Source: an uncultured Methylomirabilota bacterium (GTDB lineage: Bacteria; Methylomirabilota; Methylomirabilia; Methylomirabilales; 2-02-FULL-66-22). Taken from it: 64,000 nt of DNA. Position 1 is the stretch's first letter; the number at the start of each line of letters is the position of its first letter. Shown piece after piece: positions 10,929 to 23,716 of this stretch. A program made the translations under genes and the position numbers. The notes under the pieces were generated by a model, which had not been told where the DNA came from, searched no databases, and worked only from the letters and a program-made list of their open reading frames with translations. The stretch is from NCBI GenBank assembly GCA_963845565.1, contig CAWJSJ010000005.1, positions 928,001 to 992,000 of the forward strand. Reading direction: 5' to 3'.

Positions 10929-10948
10929 GCGTGCTCCGTATCTGTTAG

Positions 10949-11121
10949 CAGGGTACTGAAAAACCCGTTTCGCTCAGGCGGCTCAAAAAGGTCCAGATGC
11001 AAGGCGGAGTACGCATCCGTGTGGAAGGGTACCCGGCGAGGCGCGAGGCGTACTTACAGGTACGTCGCAGCGAGCGCGCGAGCGCGCCAACGACGGCAGA
11101 TGGGCCTTTTTCAGCAGCCCG
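10949..11121. repeat. Family A MITE/REP-like element, copy 2
   Basis: Same terminal motifs; flanked TTAG/CTAG; abuts coaBC TAG stop. Confidence 0.9.
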
Positions 11122-12318
11122 CTAGGTCTTCAAAAGGCTCACGATCCGATCGAGGATCCGATCGGCGACCTCGCGCTTCGGGAGAAGCGGCAACTCCTCG
11201 ACGCCGCCGGCCGCGTCCAGGATCTTCACCAGATTCGTGTCCACGTCAAAGCCCGCTCCCGGCTGCCGGACGTCGTTGGCAACCATCAGGTCCAGATTCT
11301 TCCGCTGGAGTTTTTTCCGGGCGTTGGCCACCAGGTCGTCGGTCTCGGCCGCGAAGCCGACGAGGATGCGGTTTCCCTTGCGCGTGCCGATCTCGGCCAG
11401 GATGTCCGGCGTCGGCTCCAGCAGGATCTCGGGGATGGCCTGGTCCTTCTTCAGTTTCCGATCTGCCGTGTGCTTCGGCCGGTAATCCGCGACCGCGGCG
11501 GCCTTGATCACCACCTGAGCCACCTCCAGCTTGGCCAGGACGGCGTCATGCATCTCCTGCGCCGTCTCCACCTGGATGACATCCGCGCCGGGGGGCGCCG
11601 GCAAGGCGGTCGGGCCACTCACCAGGACCACGCGGGCGCCGCGCAGGGCGGCGGCCTCGGCGATGGCGTACCCCATCTTTCCGGAGGAGCGATTCGACAG
11701 GAAGCGCACGGGGTCCAAGGGCTCACGGGTGGGTCCGGCGGTCACCAAGATCACCCGTCCCGCGAGATCCTGCCGGAGGGTCACGATCCGCTCGACCGCA
11801 GCCAGGATCTCGGACAGCTCCGCGAGGCGGCCGCGTCCCACCAGTCCCGACGCCAGGGGACCCAGGTCCGGCTCGATGAGGTGCACGCCGCGTTCCCGGA
11901 GGCGTTTCAGGTTCTCCTGCAGCGCGGGATGTTCGAACATGTCGCAGTCCATGGCGGGAGCGACCAGGACCGGGCAACGGCTGGCCAGATAGATGCAGCT
12001 CAGGAAGTCGTCGGCCAGGCCGAGGGCGAGCCGCGCGATGGTGCGGGCGGTGGCGGGCGCCACGACGAGGACGTCCGCACGCTGCGTGGCCTCGATGTGC
12101 CCGATGCGGTGGCTGTAGGCGAGTGACCACATGTCGAGGAGCACCGGCTGCCGCGTCAGGGTCTCGAAGGTGAGAGGTGCGACGAACTTCGTCGCGGCCT
12201 CGGTCATGACCACCTGCACCTCCGCCCCGCGCTTGGTGAACAGGCGAAGCAACTCCACCGCCTTGTACGCCGCGATGCTGCCGGTGACACCGAGGAGGAT
12301 GCGTTTGCCGGTTAGCAT
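11122..12318 (-). CDS. coaBC: Bifunctional phosphopantothenoylcysteine decarboxylase/synthetase
   Basis: GVTGSIAAYK, APATA, TAGPTREPLDPVRFLSNRSSGKMG, GFAAET. Confidence 0.97.
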   Translation of the reverse strand: MLTGKRILLGVTGSIAAYKAVELLRLFTKRGAEVQVVMTEAATKFVAPLTFETLTRQPVLLDMWSLAYSHRIGHIEATQRADVLVVAPATARTIARLALGLADDFLSCIYLASRCPVLVAPAMDCDMFEHPALQENLKRLRERGVHLIEPDLGPLASGLVGRGRLAELSEILAAVERIVTLRQDLAGRVILVTAGPTREPLDPVRFLSNRSSGKMGYAIAEAAALRGARVVLVSGPTALPAPPGADVIQVETAQEMHDAVLAKLEVAQVVIKAAAVADYRPKHTADRKLKKDQAIPEILLEPTPDILAEIGTRKGNRILVGFAAETDDLVANARKKLQRKNLDLMVANDVRQPGAGFDVDTNLVKILDAAGGVEELPLLPKREVADRILDRIVSLLKT

Positions 12319-12322
12319 CGTG

Positions 12323-12691
12323 TCACCCCGTCTTTCCCCAAACGCCTTGCGGCCGAGCGACCATCGGCCATAGGCCGTCGGCTAACACGACCGGTTTTTT
12401 CGCCAGGTCCTTCCGGGGGTTTGTTGGCCGTGCGCGACTGACGAGCGGGTACCGCTCCGGGTGCTCTAGAGATTCCACCGCCACGTCCGCATCGAGATCG
12501 GGCCAGTAGAGATGGTGGGGGCTCGGGAGCTCCACCTTCGTGATCTGGTCAATGGATGCTTCGCGAAACCATGGAAACTCCTTGAACGAGACGAACACCT
12601 CTCGCTCTCCAAGCAGTAGCCAAAAGCCGTGAGGCGAAATGTTGGCGACCTCAACGGCCGAAGTGCGCTTTCCAGGCGGCGTAGATCTCAT
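12323..12691 (-). CDS. DUF2442 domain protein (putative antitoxin-like partner)
   Basis: EFPWFREA...HLYWPDLDADVAVESLEHPERYPL resembles DUF2442; overlaps the upstream DUF4160 gene. Confidence 0.8.
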   Translation of the reverse strand: MRSTPPGKRTSAVEVANISPHGFWLLLGEREVFVSFKEFPWFREASIDQITKVELPSPHHLYWPDLDADVAVESLEHPERYPLVSRARPTNPRKDLAKKPVVLADGLWPMVARPQGVWGKTG

Positions 12692-12890
12692 CTTCGTGCT
12701 CCCGAATAAGCCGGAGGGCGGTCGCGAGCCGACGCGGGGTCAAACCATAATTCTGTGCCAGCTCAATCACCGGGGCAAGCCAGGACTTCGCCTCGCCAGC
12801 CGCGTGCTGAACGTGGACATGCGGCCGTCGTTCTTCCCGTGAGAAGAAAAAGAACCGATAACCGCGGGCTCGAAGAACCGTCGGGCTCAT
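12651..12890 (-). CDS. DUF4160 domain protein
   Basis: MSPTVLRARGYRFFFFSREERRPHVHV...EAKSWL...AWKAHFG. Confidence 0.85.
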   Translation of the reverse strand: MSPTVLRARGYRFFFFSREERRPHVHVQHAAGEAKSWLAPVIELAQNYGLTPRRLATALRLIREHEDEIYAAWKAHFGR

Positions 12891-13047
12891 GGTATCAGCA
12901 TGACGGACATCCCCGTCGATCGGTCGGACCTGACGTCGTAGTCGCCGGGTTCTCCATTAGAGATGGAGACGTACTGGCATACGTTCTCCTGTTGCCCCGC
13001 AGTCAGCGCATGAGAAATCATAGCGCGCATTGAGGGACTTGACCTTC

Positions 13048-13938
13048 TCACAAAAAAATTCCCACGGCCTGCTTCGGCTGCACGCCGACCACATCCGCCA
13101 CCGGCTGGCATTTGATAGTGAACAGGCAGAAGATCTCTGCGGCCAGCGCGGCGTGATGTTCGGAGAAGACGTAGTAGTTCGCCTGCCCTTTGGCGACGAT
13201 GAGACGGGCGTCCTGCATGGCGGCCCGCAGCTCAGGCGAGGCCTCTTCCCAGGAGATGCCCAGCGTGTCCGGGCCTGCCTGGATCAGCCGATCCACGGCG
13301 CGGTCTAGACCGACCGTGCGGCCGTCCTCCAGGGTGGCGTCGGAGGTGATCGGTCCGCCCCGCAGCGCCGAGGTCACGTGGCAACCGTAACGGCGAATCT
13401 CCTGGATGAAGAGCCGGTCCAGGGCAATCTCGCCGACGTTGTCGTGGATGTAGAGGACGGGCGTCCCGACCAGAACCCGCTGGTACAGGCGGTCCACCTG
13501 GTCTTGCGCCATCCCGCGCTCCACGTATGACCGCAAGTGCTGGAGCATCTGCGCCGGTTCGAAGCTGTACCCGATGCCCACCGTGCGCGAGTCGAGACTG
13601 TTGCCCGCCAGAGCCCAGAGAGCCAGGAAGCGGAAGCGGGCCAGTCCGTCCAGCGTCTCAGCCTCCGTCTGGACGGTCTCGGCGAGTTGCATGGCCACCT
13701 GGTTGAGCTGGTTCCGACTCTCGGCAAAGGGCATGGCGACGCCCGTGTCGCGCTTCAAGATCCGGTGCACCTCGGTGATGTAGTAGGACGGCACCCGCTG
13801 GTGGCCGAAGCTGTCCGCCAGGAAGGCCAGGCAATCCTTGGCCACCGCGAGTTGAACGGCCGGATCCGCCGTGACCTGCTGCACCGCGGCGTATACATCC
13901 CCCAGCACACAGGTGAGGCAGGTCGGGACCGTTCTCAT
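13048..13938 (-). CDS. DUF89/ARMT1-like damage-control phosphatase
   Basis: N-terminal CxxC, AGNSLD, DNVGE, SDAT, AKGQANY, IKC. Confidence 0.85.
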   Translation of the reverse strand: MRTVPTCLTCVLGDVYAAVQQVTADPAVQLAVAKDCLAFLADSFGHQRVPSYYITEVHRILKRDTGVAMPFAESRNQLNQVAMQLAETVQTEAETLDGLARFRFLALWALAGNSLDSRTVGIGYSFEPAQMLQHLRSYVERGMAQDQVDRLYQRVLVGTPVLYIHDNVGEIALDRLFIQEIRRYGCHVTSALRGGPITSDATLEDGRTVGLDRAVDRLIQAGPDTLGISWEEASPELRAAMQDARLIVAKGQANYYVFSEHHAALAAEIFCLFTIKCQPVADVVGVQPKQAVGIFL

Positions 13939-14753
13939 CGTCGGGCCTCCGGGGGCATGAAACCCTCGGGGAAATGATCCAGGGGACGCCGCCCGTGTCC
14001 GACGGCCGGGGCCGCCTGGATGGCGAGGGCGATGTAGGCCTGGGCTGCCGCCACGGCTTCCTGCACCTCGAGGCCCCGGGCCAGGCCGGCGGCGATGGCG
14101 GAGGACAGCGTGCAGCCTGTGCCGTGGAACTCGCCCGGTATGCGAGCGCCCTCCCGTCGGATGAATTCCCGGCCGTCGAAGAGCAGGTCCACCACTCGGT
14201 CGCCGGGCAGGTGGCCGCCCTTGATCAGGACATAGCGCGGCCCCATCGCGTGGATGGCCCGAGCCGCCTCCTGCATCTCCTCGAGCGTCCGGATCTTCCG
14301 CTCGCACAGGAAGGTGGCCTCATCGAGGTTCGGCGTCACGACGGTCGCCAGGGGAAACAGGTGCTCGCGCATGACCGGCGCGGCCTCGTGCTGCATCAGG
14401 GCATCGCCGCTGGCGGCGATCATGACGGGGTCCACCACGAGGTTGGTGAGCCGAAAGTCGCGCACGGCGCCGGCCACGGTGCGGATGATGTCCCCGGTGG
14501 CCAGCATCCCCGTCTTCACCGCGTCCGCGCCGATGTCCTCCAGGACCGCGCGGAGCTGGGCCGCGATGAAGTCGGTGGCGGGCAACTCCACACCATGGAC
14601 GCCGCGCGTGTTCTGTGCCGTGAGGCCCGTGACGACGGACAGGCCGAACACCCGAAAGGCGCAGAACGTCTTCAGGTCGGCCTGGATCCCGGCGCCCCCG
14701 CCGGAATCCGAGCCGGCAATGGTCAGCGCCTTCGGCATGGGCTTCTCAGTCAT
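13935..14753 (-). CDS. thiD: Hydroxymethylpyrimidine/phosphomethylpyrimidine kinase
   Basis: TIAGSDSGGGAGIQADLK, KTGML, TPNLDEA, HGTGCTLSSA. Confidence 0.96.
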   Translation of the reverse strand: MTEKPMPKALTIAGSDSGGGAGIQADLKTFCAFRVFGLSVVTGLTAQNTRGVHGVELPATDFIAAQLRAVLEDIGADAVKTGMLATGDIIRTVAGAVRDFRLTNLVVDPVMIAASGDALMQHEAAPVMREHLFPLATVVTPNLDEATFLCERKIRTLEEMQEAARAIHAMGPRYVLIKGGHLPGDRVVDLLFDGREFIRREGARIPGEFHGTGCTLSSAIAAGLARGLEVQEAVAAAQAYIALAIQAAPAVGHGRRPLDHFPEGFMPPEARR

Positions 14754-14804
14754 CCTGTCTCTCCTCCGTGGCCGCGCGGGCGGGCGGGGAAGGCCTGCGC
14801 GGTC

Positions 14805-17000
14805 CTATCGCCCCGCCGCCCGCTTCTTCTCGGCTTTCGGCTCTCGACTCTCGGTTGGCTGCGTCCCGTACAGCGATCGGTACCGCTCGTAGCTCCCCAG
14901 GACCCGCTTCACGTACCCGCGCGTTTCGCTGTAAGGGATATCCTCTACGAACTCCGCCTCGTCCGCGACACCGAAACGCTGGACCCAGCGCTGCACCGGC
15001 TGCTTCCCCGCATTGTACGACGCCAGGGTCAGGCTGAGGTTTCCGCCGAACTCCCGGTACAGATCGGCCAGATGATTCACGCCGATTCGGATGTTGACCT
15101 CCGGCGTCTCCAGGGCGGCCGGTGCGGCGGGCGGCAGCTTGTTCTCGCGCGCCGTCAGGTCGGCGGTCTGTGGCATGAGCTGCATCAGCCCCCGCGCGCC
15201 GGTCCGGGAGATGGCGCGAGGGGCAAAGGCGCTCTCTTCCCGGATCAACCCGAGCACCAAATAGGGGTCGAGGCCGCGTTGTGCCGCGTACGCGCGGACC
15301 AGATCGAGATAGCCCGGCGGGTAGACGCATTGCCAGAATCCGGGGATCGGAGTCTTGCCGCTCTCTTGGGCGAACAGGGGCCGCAGGACGCGCCCGCCGA
15401 CCCAGACGGCCTTGTCGTAGCGTCCGAGGTCGAGGAAGACGTCGCAGGCCTCGGCCAGCCCGGCGCGCTCCTCGGGCCGGCCCCGCACCTGCTCGCTCCA
15501 CTCCTCGACCGCCTCGTCGGCGAGGCCGAGGCCCTGCAGCGCCCGCGCCTTCTGGGCGTGGAGCCCGCTCGCCGCGCTCGGCCGCACGGGTCGCGACGCC
15601 GCCGGAGCGGGTGTGGGGGCAGCCTTCACTTTCAGGAACGTCAACCGCTCGCCCGCCCGGAGGCGGTAGTATGGCTGGTCCGGGGCCGTGTCCAGCAACG
15701 TGCGATATGCCTGGGTGGCCTCGGCGGTCCGCTTCAACGCCTCGAAGGCGCGACCCCGCCAGTAGAGCGCGGGAACGCGCCAGCGCGATCCGGGTTCCTC
15801 GGCCAGGAGTCGCCCCCAGAAGGCCACGGCCGCCGGGAATTCGCGCTGCTTGTAGGCGAGCCACCCCTGCAGCCAGAGGGCCACGTCCGTCCAGGTACCC
15901 TTGGGGTATTCCTGGAGCAGGCGGGTCAGGTAGGTGCGGCTCCGGGCCAGGTCCGCGTCGTCCGCGGCCACCTGCGCGAGGAGGTAGAGTGCCTCTTCGC
16001 TGCGGCGCGTCGGCGGGGTCGCATCCGCCACCAGGGTCAGGTACTCGGCAAACCGCGCCGCGTCGCCGGCGCGGCCGGCGCTGCGCCCCAGCCAGAATAG
16101 CGCCTCGGACCGCTGAGACTCGGCCGCGCCCTTGAGCGGTTCCAGCCACTGGGCGGCCTGAGCATACTGGCGCAGGTTGAAGGCGCTGATGCCGAGCATC
16201 AGGCGCGCCTGCCCCTCTCGGGGAGAGCCCGCGGCGGCAAAGGGCGCGAGTTCTTGAAGGGCCTGGGCATGCCGGCCGAGTTGGTACAGGGTGGTGGCTC
16301 GCTGAAACTGCTCGTCGGGTGTGAAAGGCCGGGGCGCGGGCAGGCTTGAGAGGAGGTCCTTGGCTCGCTGGCTCTGCGGCGTTCCCGGAAGCTCGATCCA
16401 GATCCGACGTAACGCGTCCTCTGCCTGGTCCGGGCGGCCGGACCGGAGGAAGATCTCGCCCAGTGTCAGGCGCACCTCGGCCCGTCCTGCCCCGTTGGAG
16501 AAGGCCGCGAGATACTTCGTGGCGGCTTCTTCGGCGTGTATTGTGTCCCCGGCCTCCAGGTATTCTCGGGCCAGCTCGCGGCTGGCCTGTTCGAGAAAAA
16601 GGCTGTGGGGGTGGTAGCCCACGAGTCGCCGAAGGGCGTCGGCGGCCAATTCGCGGCGTCCCAGTTGGCGTTGGGTCTCAGCCAGACGAAACAGGGCGTA
16701 GTCGGCCAGCAGCGGATACGATGCGGCCGCCCCCTCCAGACGGCCTACGGCCTCCTCGTGGCGCCCTTGGCGCGCGAGGAGTACCCCCAGGAGGAGATCG
16801 ATCTGCGGCTGGAGGCCGGCGGCCACGGGGGTTCCGTCCAATGCGAGTAACGCGATGATTGCACCGGCAGGATTTCCCGCCTCGGCCTGCTTGACTGCCG
16901 CCTGGAACGGCGCGTCGGCGGAAAGCGCGGTCACTTCCCCGGCGTCCGCCGATCCTCCAAAGAGGATCGCCAGGACAACCAGGATGATCTGCCTACGCAT
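14805..17000 (-). CDS. TPR-containing soluble lytic murein transglycosylase (Slt70-like)
   Basis: Signal peptide, TPR-like helices, C-terminal REESAF, GARGLMQLMP, YNAG, ETRGYV. Confidence 0.9.
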   Translation of the reverse strand: MRRQIILVVLAILFGGSADAGEVTALSADAPFQAAVKQAEAGNPAGAIIALLALDGTPVAAGLQPQIDLLLGVLLARQGRHEEAVGRLEGAAASYPLLADYALFRLAETQRQLGRRELAADALRRLVGYHPHSLFLEQASRELAREYLEAGDTIHAEEAATKYLAAFSNGAGRAEVRLTLGEIFLRSGRPDQAEDALRRIWIELPGTPQSQRAKDLLSSLPAPRPFTPDEQFQRATTLYQLGRHAQALQELAPFAAAGSPREGQARLMLGISAFNLRQYAQAAQWLEPLKGAAESQRSEALFWLGRSAGRAGDAARFAEYLTLVADATPPTRRSEEALYLLAQVAADDADLARSRTYLTRLLQEYPKGTWTDVALWLQGWLAYKQREFPAAVAFWGRLLAEEPGSRWRVPALYWRGRAFEALKRTAEATQAYRTLLDTAPDQPYYRLRAGERLTFLKVKAAPTPAPAASRPVRPSAASGLHAQKARALQGLGLADEAVEEWSEQVRGRPEERAGLAEACDVFLDLGRYDKAVWVGGRVLRPLFAQESGKTPIPGFWQCVYPPGYLDLVRAYAAQRGLDPYLVLGLIREESAFAPRAISRTGARGLMQLMPQTADLTARENKLPPAAPAALETPEVNIRIGVNHLADLYREFGGNLSLTLASYNAGKQPVQRWVQRFGVADEAEFVEDIPYSETRGYVKRVLGSYERYRSLYGTQPTESREPKAEKKRAAGR

Positions 17001-17041
17001 TCCCACCCCCGTTCCGGGATGCCAGGCCGTCCATCGGGCAG

Positions 17042-18094
17042 TCATGCTTCGCCCGCCAGGCGCGGGAGGCTTGTCTCGTACGGGGCGCGGGCGATTCCGC
17101 GTTCGGTGATGATCCCGTCGATGTAACCGGCCGGCGTGATGTCGAAGGCGGGGTTGGCCGCCCGCATGCCGTGCGGTGCCAGCCGGCGGCCGCCGATCTC
17201 GGTGACCTCCTCCGGTGCGCGCTCCTCGATCGGGATCTCCGACCCGCCGTTCAGGCTGAGGTCCAGCGTCGAGACGGGAGCGGCCACGTAGAACGGGATG
17301 CCGTGGGCCCGGGCCAGGACGGCGACGCCATAGGTACCGATCTTGTTGGCGGTGTCCCCGTTCCTGGCAATCCGGTCCGCCCCCACGACGACGAAATCCA
17401 CCTCGCCCCGCTGCATGAAATGACCCGCCATGTTGTCGGTGATGAGGGTGGCGGGGATGCCCGCCCGGGTCAGTTCCCAGGCGGTCAATCGCGCCCCCTG
17501 TAAGAGGGGTCGGGTCTCGTCCACCCACACCTTGACGCGCTTTCCCGCCTCCACGGCCGCCCGGATGACGCCGATGGCCGTCCCGTACCCGGCAGTGGCC
17601 AGGCCCCCGGCGTTGCAGTGGGTGAGGATCCGGGCCGGATCCGGGACCAGCATCTGGCCATGTGCGCCGATGGCGCGGTTGGTGCGGATGTCCTCCTCAC
17701 GCATGGCCGTCGCCTCGGCCATCAGGCGCGCCGCGATCTCGGCCGTCGGCAACTCGCGGTGCGCCTGCGCCACGCCGACCATGCGCCGGACGGCCCAGGC
17801 GAGATTCACCGCCGTCGGGCGCGTCCGCGTGAGCTGGGCGGCCATCGCTTCCAGTGCGGCGTAGAAGACCGGAAACGCTGACGCCTGGAAGGCGCGAGCG
17901 CCCATGGCGAGCCCCATGGCCGCCGCGACACCGATGGCCGGCGCCCCCCGCACCTGCATGGTGCGAATCGCGTGAGCCACCGCCTCCACGGTTCCGCATT
18001 CCACATAGACCTCTTCCGCCGGGAGCCGCGTCTGGTCGATCAGGCGAAGCGTTCCGTGCTGGGTCCAACTCAGGGTGACGAAATCGTCGGGCAT
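17042..18094 (-). CDS. mtnA: S-methyl-5-thioribose-1-phosphate isomerase
   Basis: [43 protein letters not shown]. Confidence 0.96.
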   Translation of the reverse strand: MPDDFVTLSWTQHGTLRLIDQTRLPAEEVYVECGTVEAVAHAIRTMQVRGAPAIGVAAAMGLAMGARAFQASAFPVFYAALEAMAAQLTRTRPTAVNLAWAVRRMVGVAQAHRELPTAEIAARLMAEATAMREEDIRTNRAIGAHGQMLVPDPARILTHCNAGGLATAGYGTAIGVIRAAVEAGKRVKVWVDETRPLLQGARLTAWELTRAGIPATLITDNMAGHFMQRGEVDFVVVGADRIARNGDTANKIGTYGVAVLARAHGIPFYVAAPVSTLDLSLNGGSEIPIEERAPEEVTEIGGRRLAPHGMRAANPAFDITPAGYIDGIITERGIARAPYETSLPRLAGEA

Positions 18095-18299
18095 TCTCCC
18101 ATCCTTTGCGGGCACCGCGTGAAAAATGAGCGTAGCATGTTCACCCCATGATGCAAAACGAAAACTCGACGCGATGGCGCCGCCGGCCGCGCGGTTTGCC
18201 AGTGCCGCGTTGGTATTGCGGAGGACTTGTGGTACGGTATCTCTGCCGCATCCGTATGGTGCGTTTTCGAGGACACCCTGCTGTGAAGGAGAAACGATC

Positions 18300-18656
18300 A
18301 TGCCGTTCCAGACCAAGTACATCTTCAGCGCCGCCATGGACGTTGAGCCGAACAAGGACGCACTGTTCAACGAGGTCTACGACCGGGAGCACGTGCCGCT
18401 GCTCCTGACGGTGCCCGGCGTCATCGCGGTAGCCCGCTTCAAGAAGCGAGAGGTGACGCTGGTCGTCGGCGGGGAGCGCAAGACCATCGTCGTCGAGAGC
18501 GAGCCGACCTATAACGCCCTCTACGAGATCGAGAGCCCCGAGGTGCTGGTGAGCGACGCCTGGGCGAAGGCGGTGGATCAGGGGCGCTGGCCGGGACAGG
18601 TGCGCCCCTACACCAAGAACCGCCGGCACGTCCTCTACGAGAGGCTGGTTCCGTAG
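18300..18656 (+). CDS. Hypothetical protein (EthD-like dimeric alpha/beta barrel)
   Basis: [28 protein letters not shown]...ALYEIES. Confidence 0.7.
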   Translation: MPFQTKYIFSAAMDVEPNKDALFNEVYDREHVPLLLTVPGVIAVARFKKREVTLVVGGERKTIVVESEPTYNALYEIESPEVLVSDAWAKAVDQGRWPGQVRPYTKNRRHVLYERLVP

Positions 18657-19134
18657 CGGACGGACGGCGGAAGATTCCCCTCATGGAGGCGCGAGCGTCT
18701 GCCGATTACTTGAATAGAGGACGGCGACTCCTCCGGGAGAGGAGGCCCGAGTCGCCCGGAACCCTGGGGCGGGTGACGGGCCCGGGGACGGCGATCCCCA
18801 GCCGATGTCCCTCGCTGGCCGAAGAAAGGAGGAGCGGATAGCGACGCCTCCCGACGAATGGCCGACAATTGAATATGGAAACGAGACATCGCAGGGCCAT
18901 TGGCGCCTGCGACTTCTACCCCCCAAGAGGGGATAGCCGCCCGTCGGGCCGCCGGCCCGGACGGGCGTTGCTGTTCCTGCACCTTCGTTCGCGGCTTCCC
19001 GCTCCGGATGGCGATCGGGTGGCGCTGTGGAATGACCAAGCCCCCACCGTCCCGCCGGCGAGTGGGAGGGTGGGGGCTTGAGAATCGGTGTGCCGGGTGC
19101 GGAGGGGAAACGGATCCGGCGCCGCGAACGGTTA

Positions 19135-19233
19135 GGAGCCGTTACGAAATAACCTATACATCTCTTTCTATTTCGTTACGGCTCCTTATGCCGTTTCGGA
19201 ATGTCTCCGCGCAACGAATTCTTTGACGACGGC
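19135..19233. repeat. Family B MITE/REP-like element, copy 1
   Basis: GGAGCCGTTACGAAAT...ATTTCGTTACGGCTCCTTATGCCGTTTC...TTTGACGACGGC; abuts yajC TAA stop. Confidence 0.88.
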
Positions 19234-21912
<2,679 letters not shown>

Positions 21913-21924
21913 GTGAGTGCCTAG

Positions 21925-22077
21925 CAGGCTGCTGAAAAAGGCCCATCTGCGGCGTTGTCGCGCTCGCGCGGTGCTGCGGCGTACGCGCTAAGTACGCCTC
22001 GCGCCTCGCATCGCGCTCCGCCTTGCGGCTGGGCCTTTTTGAGCAGCCTGAGTCAAAACGAGTTTTTCATCATCCTG
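21925..22077. repeat. Family A MITE/REP-like element, copy 3 (CTAG on both flanks)
   Basis: CTAG-CAGGCTGCTGAAAAAGGCCCATCTGC...TTTTTCATCATCCTG-CTAG. Confidence 0.92.
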
Positions 22078-22119
22078 CTAGAGCCGAGAGCCGAGTGGTC
22101 GAAAGGCTTCGGCGGCTAC

Positions 22120-22217
22120 GCCGTTGTCAGAGAATAACTTGACCGGAGAAATTCCGGAAACGGCATAAGGAGCCGTAACGAAATTACAAAAATGGACAAG
22201 TTATTTCGTAACGGCTC
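22120..22217. repeat. Family B MITE/REP-like element, copy 2
   Basis: GCCGTTGTCAGAGAATAAC...GGAGCCGTAACGAAAT...ATTTCGTAACGGCTC; abuts the SpoIID-gene TAG stop. Confidence 0.9.
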
Positions 22218-23381
22218 CTAGTTGGGCCAGAGGGCGACCGTGGCCAGCGGGTAGTAGAATTTCAGGATGTCCCGATGTTGGTACGCCAGGTCGGCCATCT
22301 CCTTGGCCCCCCACTGGCTCATGCCGACACCGTGACCGGAGCCGCGCCCCACGAAGGTATATGCGTTTCCGTCGGTCCGCACCTCAAAGTCGGTGCTCCG
22401 CAGGACCTCGTTCCCGAGGGCCTCGCGGAATCGCCTACCCTCCAGCACCAACGCGCCCTGGGCGTGTCGGACTTCGATTCGAAGGATCCGGCCGGTCCGG
22501 CTCCGGATCAGGTCCTGGATGGCCAGAATGCGGCCGACCGGATATCCGGCCCGGGCCAGACCCCCCTCGATCTGCCGGGGCGTCAGCCGCTCGATCCACA
22601 GGGCGTGGGGACACGCCCTGCTGAAGTCGTCCTTGACGCCCGGCACGATATCGTATTCCAGGCCAAACACATCCGTGGCGTCCTCGGTGGCGCCGCCCGA
22701 GCAGGAGTGATAGAACGCCGGAAGAGGCTGCCCGCCGAAGGCGAGGATCTGCCCCCGCGTCGTCTGCACGGCCCAGTTCGTGCGCGGGTCTTCACCCTTG
22801 GCCCCCTTGTACACCTGCGAGGCGGTGGTGGCGCGCAGATGGAAGAGGGCATTGGGGTTCTGGAGCCGCTGGTAGACCGCGTAGGTCCGGGCCGCGATGG
22901 CCATGGCCTTCGACGCCTCGGCCGGCCAGCCGACGGGAATCTCGTCCTTCAACACACCCTGAAGGTAACTCTCCAGTTCCACCACATTGACGGCGGTCAG
23001 CGCCCCATTCAGCGTCACGACGTCCAGGCGACCGCGGAAGGGTTGCCCATCCAGCGTGAGGACGGCACCGTCCGCAGGCCAGGCAGCGACGCCGGGTGCC
23101 GATTGTCCGGTCTCGCGCACCAGGACGACACGCCGGTGGGGCGCCAGCCGGTATCCCCCGCCCGTTGTCCGCTGTGCCAGAACGCGCCGGCCGCTGGCGT
23201 CGGTGAGGGTCAGCGGGCCGCCGCTGCCGACAACCAAGGCCGACCGCCCCTCGGCGAGGAGGACGCGGACGGTTTCCGCCTGCACGATGCCGGGGCCAAC
23301 GAGGCCGGCGCACAGGAGCGTTGTGAAGCAAGTCATGCGCAGTCGCCGCATATCCGGCTGCCCGATGCATCCGCCGATCAT
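22218..23381 (-). CDS. SpoIID/LytB domain protein
   Basis: VNVVELESYLQGV, KAMAIAARTYA, SQVYKG, GHGVGMSQWGA, ILKFYYP. Confidence 0.92.
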   Translation of the reverse strand: MIGGCIGQPDMRRLRMTCFTTLLCAGLVGPGIVQAETVRVLLAEGRSALVVGSGGPLTLTDASGRRVLAQRTTGGGYRLAPHRRVVLVRETGQSAPGVAAWPADGAVLTLDGQPFRGRLDVVTLNGALTAVNVVELESYLQGVLKDEIPVGWPAEASKAMAIAARTYAVYQRLQNPNALFHLRATTASQVYKGAKGEDPRTNWAVQTTRGQILAFGGQPLPAFYHSCSGGATEDATDVFGLEYDIVPGVKDDFSRACPHALWIERLTPRQIEGGLARAGYPVGRILAIQDLIRSRTGRILRIEVRHAQGALVLEGRRFREALGNEVLRSTDFEVRTDGNAYTFVGRGSGHGVGMSQWGAKEMADLAYQHRDILKFYYPLATVALWPN

Positions 23382-23596
23382 CGGCGGCTGAAGAATGCGA
23401 CCAACACCGTGAGGACGATGCTGATCACGAGGCTGGTGGTCAACGGAACGTACAGACTCCAGGTCTCCCGCCGGATCATGATGTCCCCCGGCAGTTTCCC
23501 TAGGAAGGGCACTTTTCCCACGAACAGGAGGAGTCCGCCCAGCAGGGCCAACACGACACCGGCCAGAATCAGAACCTTTGCGAGCGAATCAAACAC
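23378..23596 (-). CDS. DUF2905 small membrane protein
   Basis: LGKLPGDI...YVPLTTSLVIS; usual ruvB neighbour. Confidence 0.85.
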   Translation of the reverse strand: MFDSLAKVLILAGVVLALLGGLLLFVGKVPFLGKLPGDIMIRRETWSLYVPLTTSLVISIVLTVLVAFFSRR

Positions 23597-23716
23597 GGTC
23601 AGACAACCCTTCGCATGCGCCGGTCGGCGGCGGGGCGGGGCAGGCGTGACACAATTCCAATGGCCAAGCTCGGCCCGTCGCCTGTGATCCTCGGCCCTGG
23701 GCGACCGGTCTGTGCG

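Noticed and set aside
12380..12429. attC-like GGCCAAC...GTTAGCC pair after the DUF2442 core
   Set aside because: About 50 bp, shorter than typical attC sites, with imperfect cores and no clear inner stem.
18660..19130. GC-rich structured intergenic region with several hairpins
   Set aside because: I could not match it to any ncRNA or riboswitch family by eye, and the ORFs are unconvincing.
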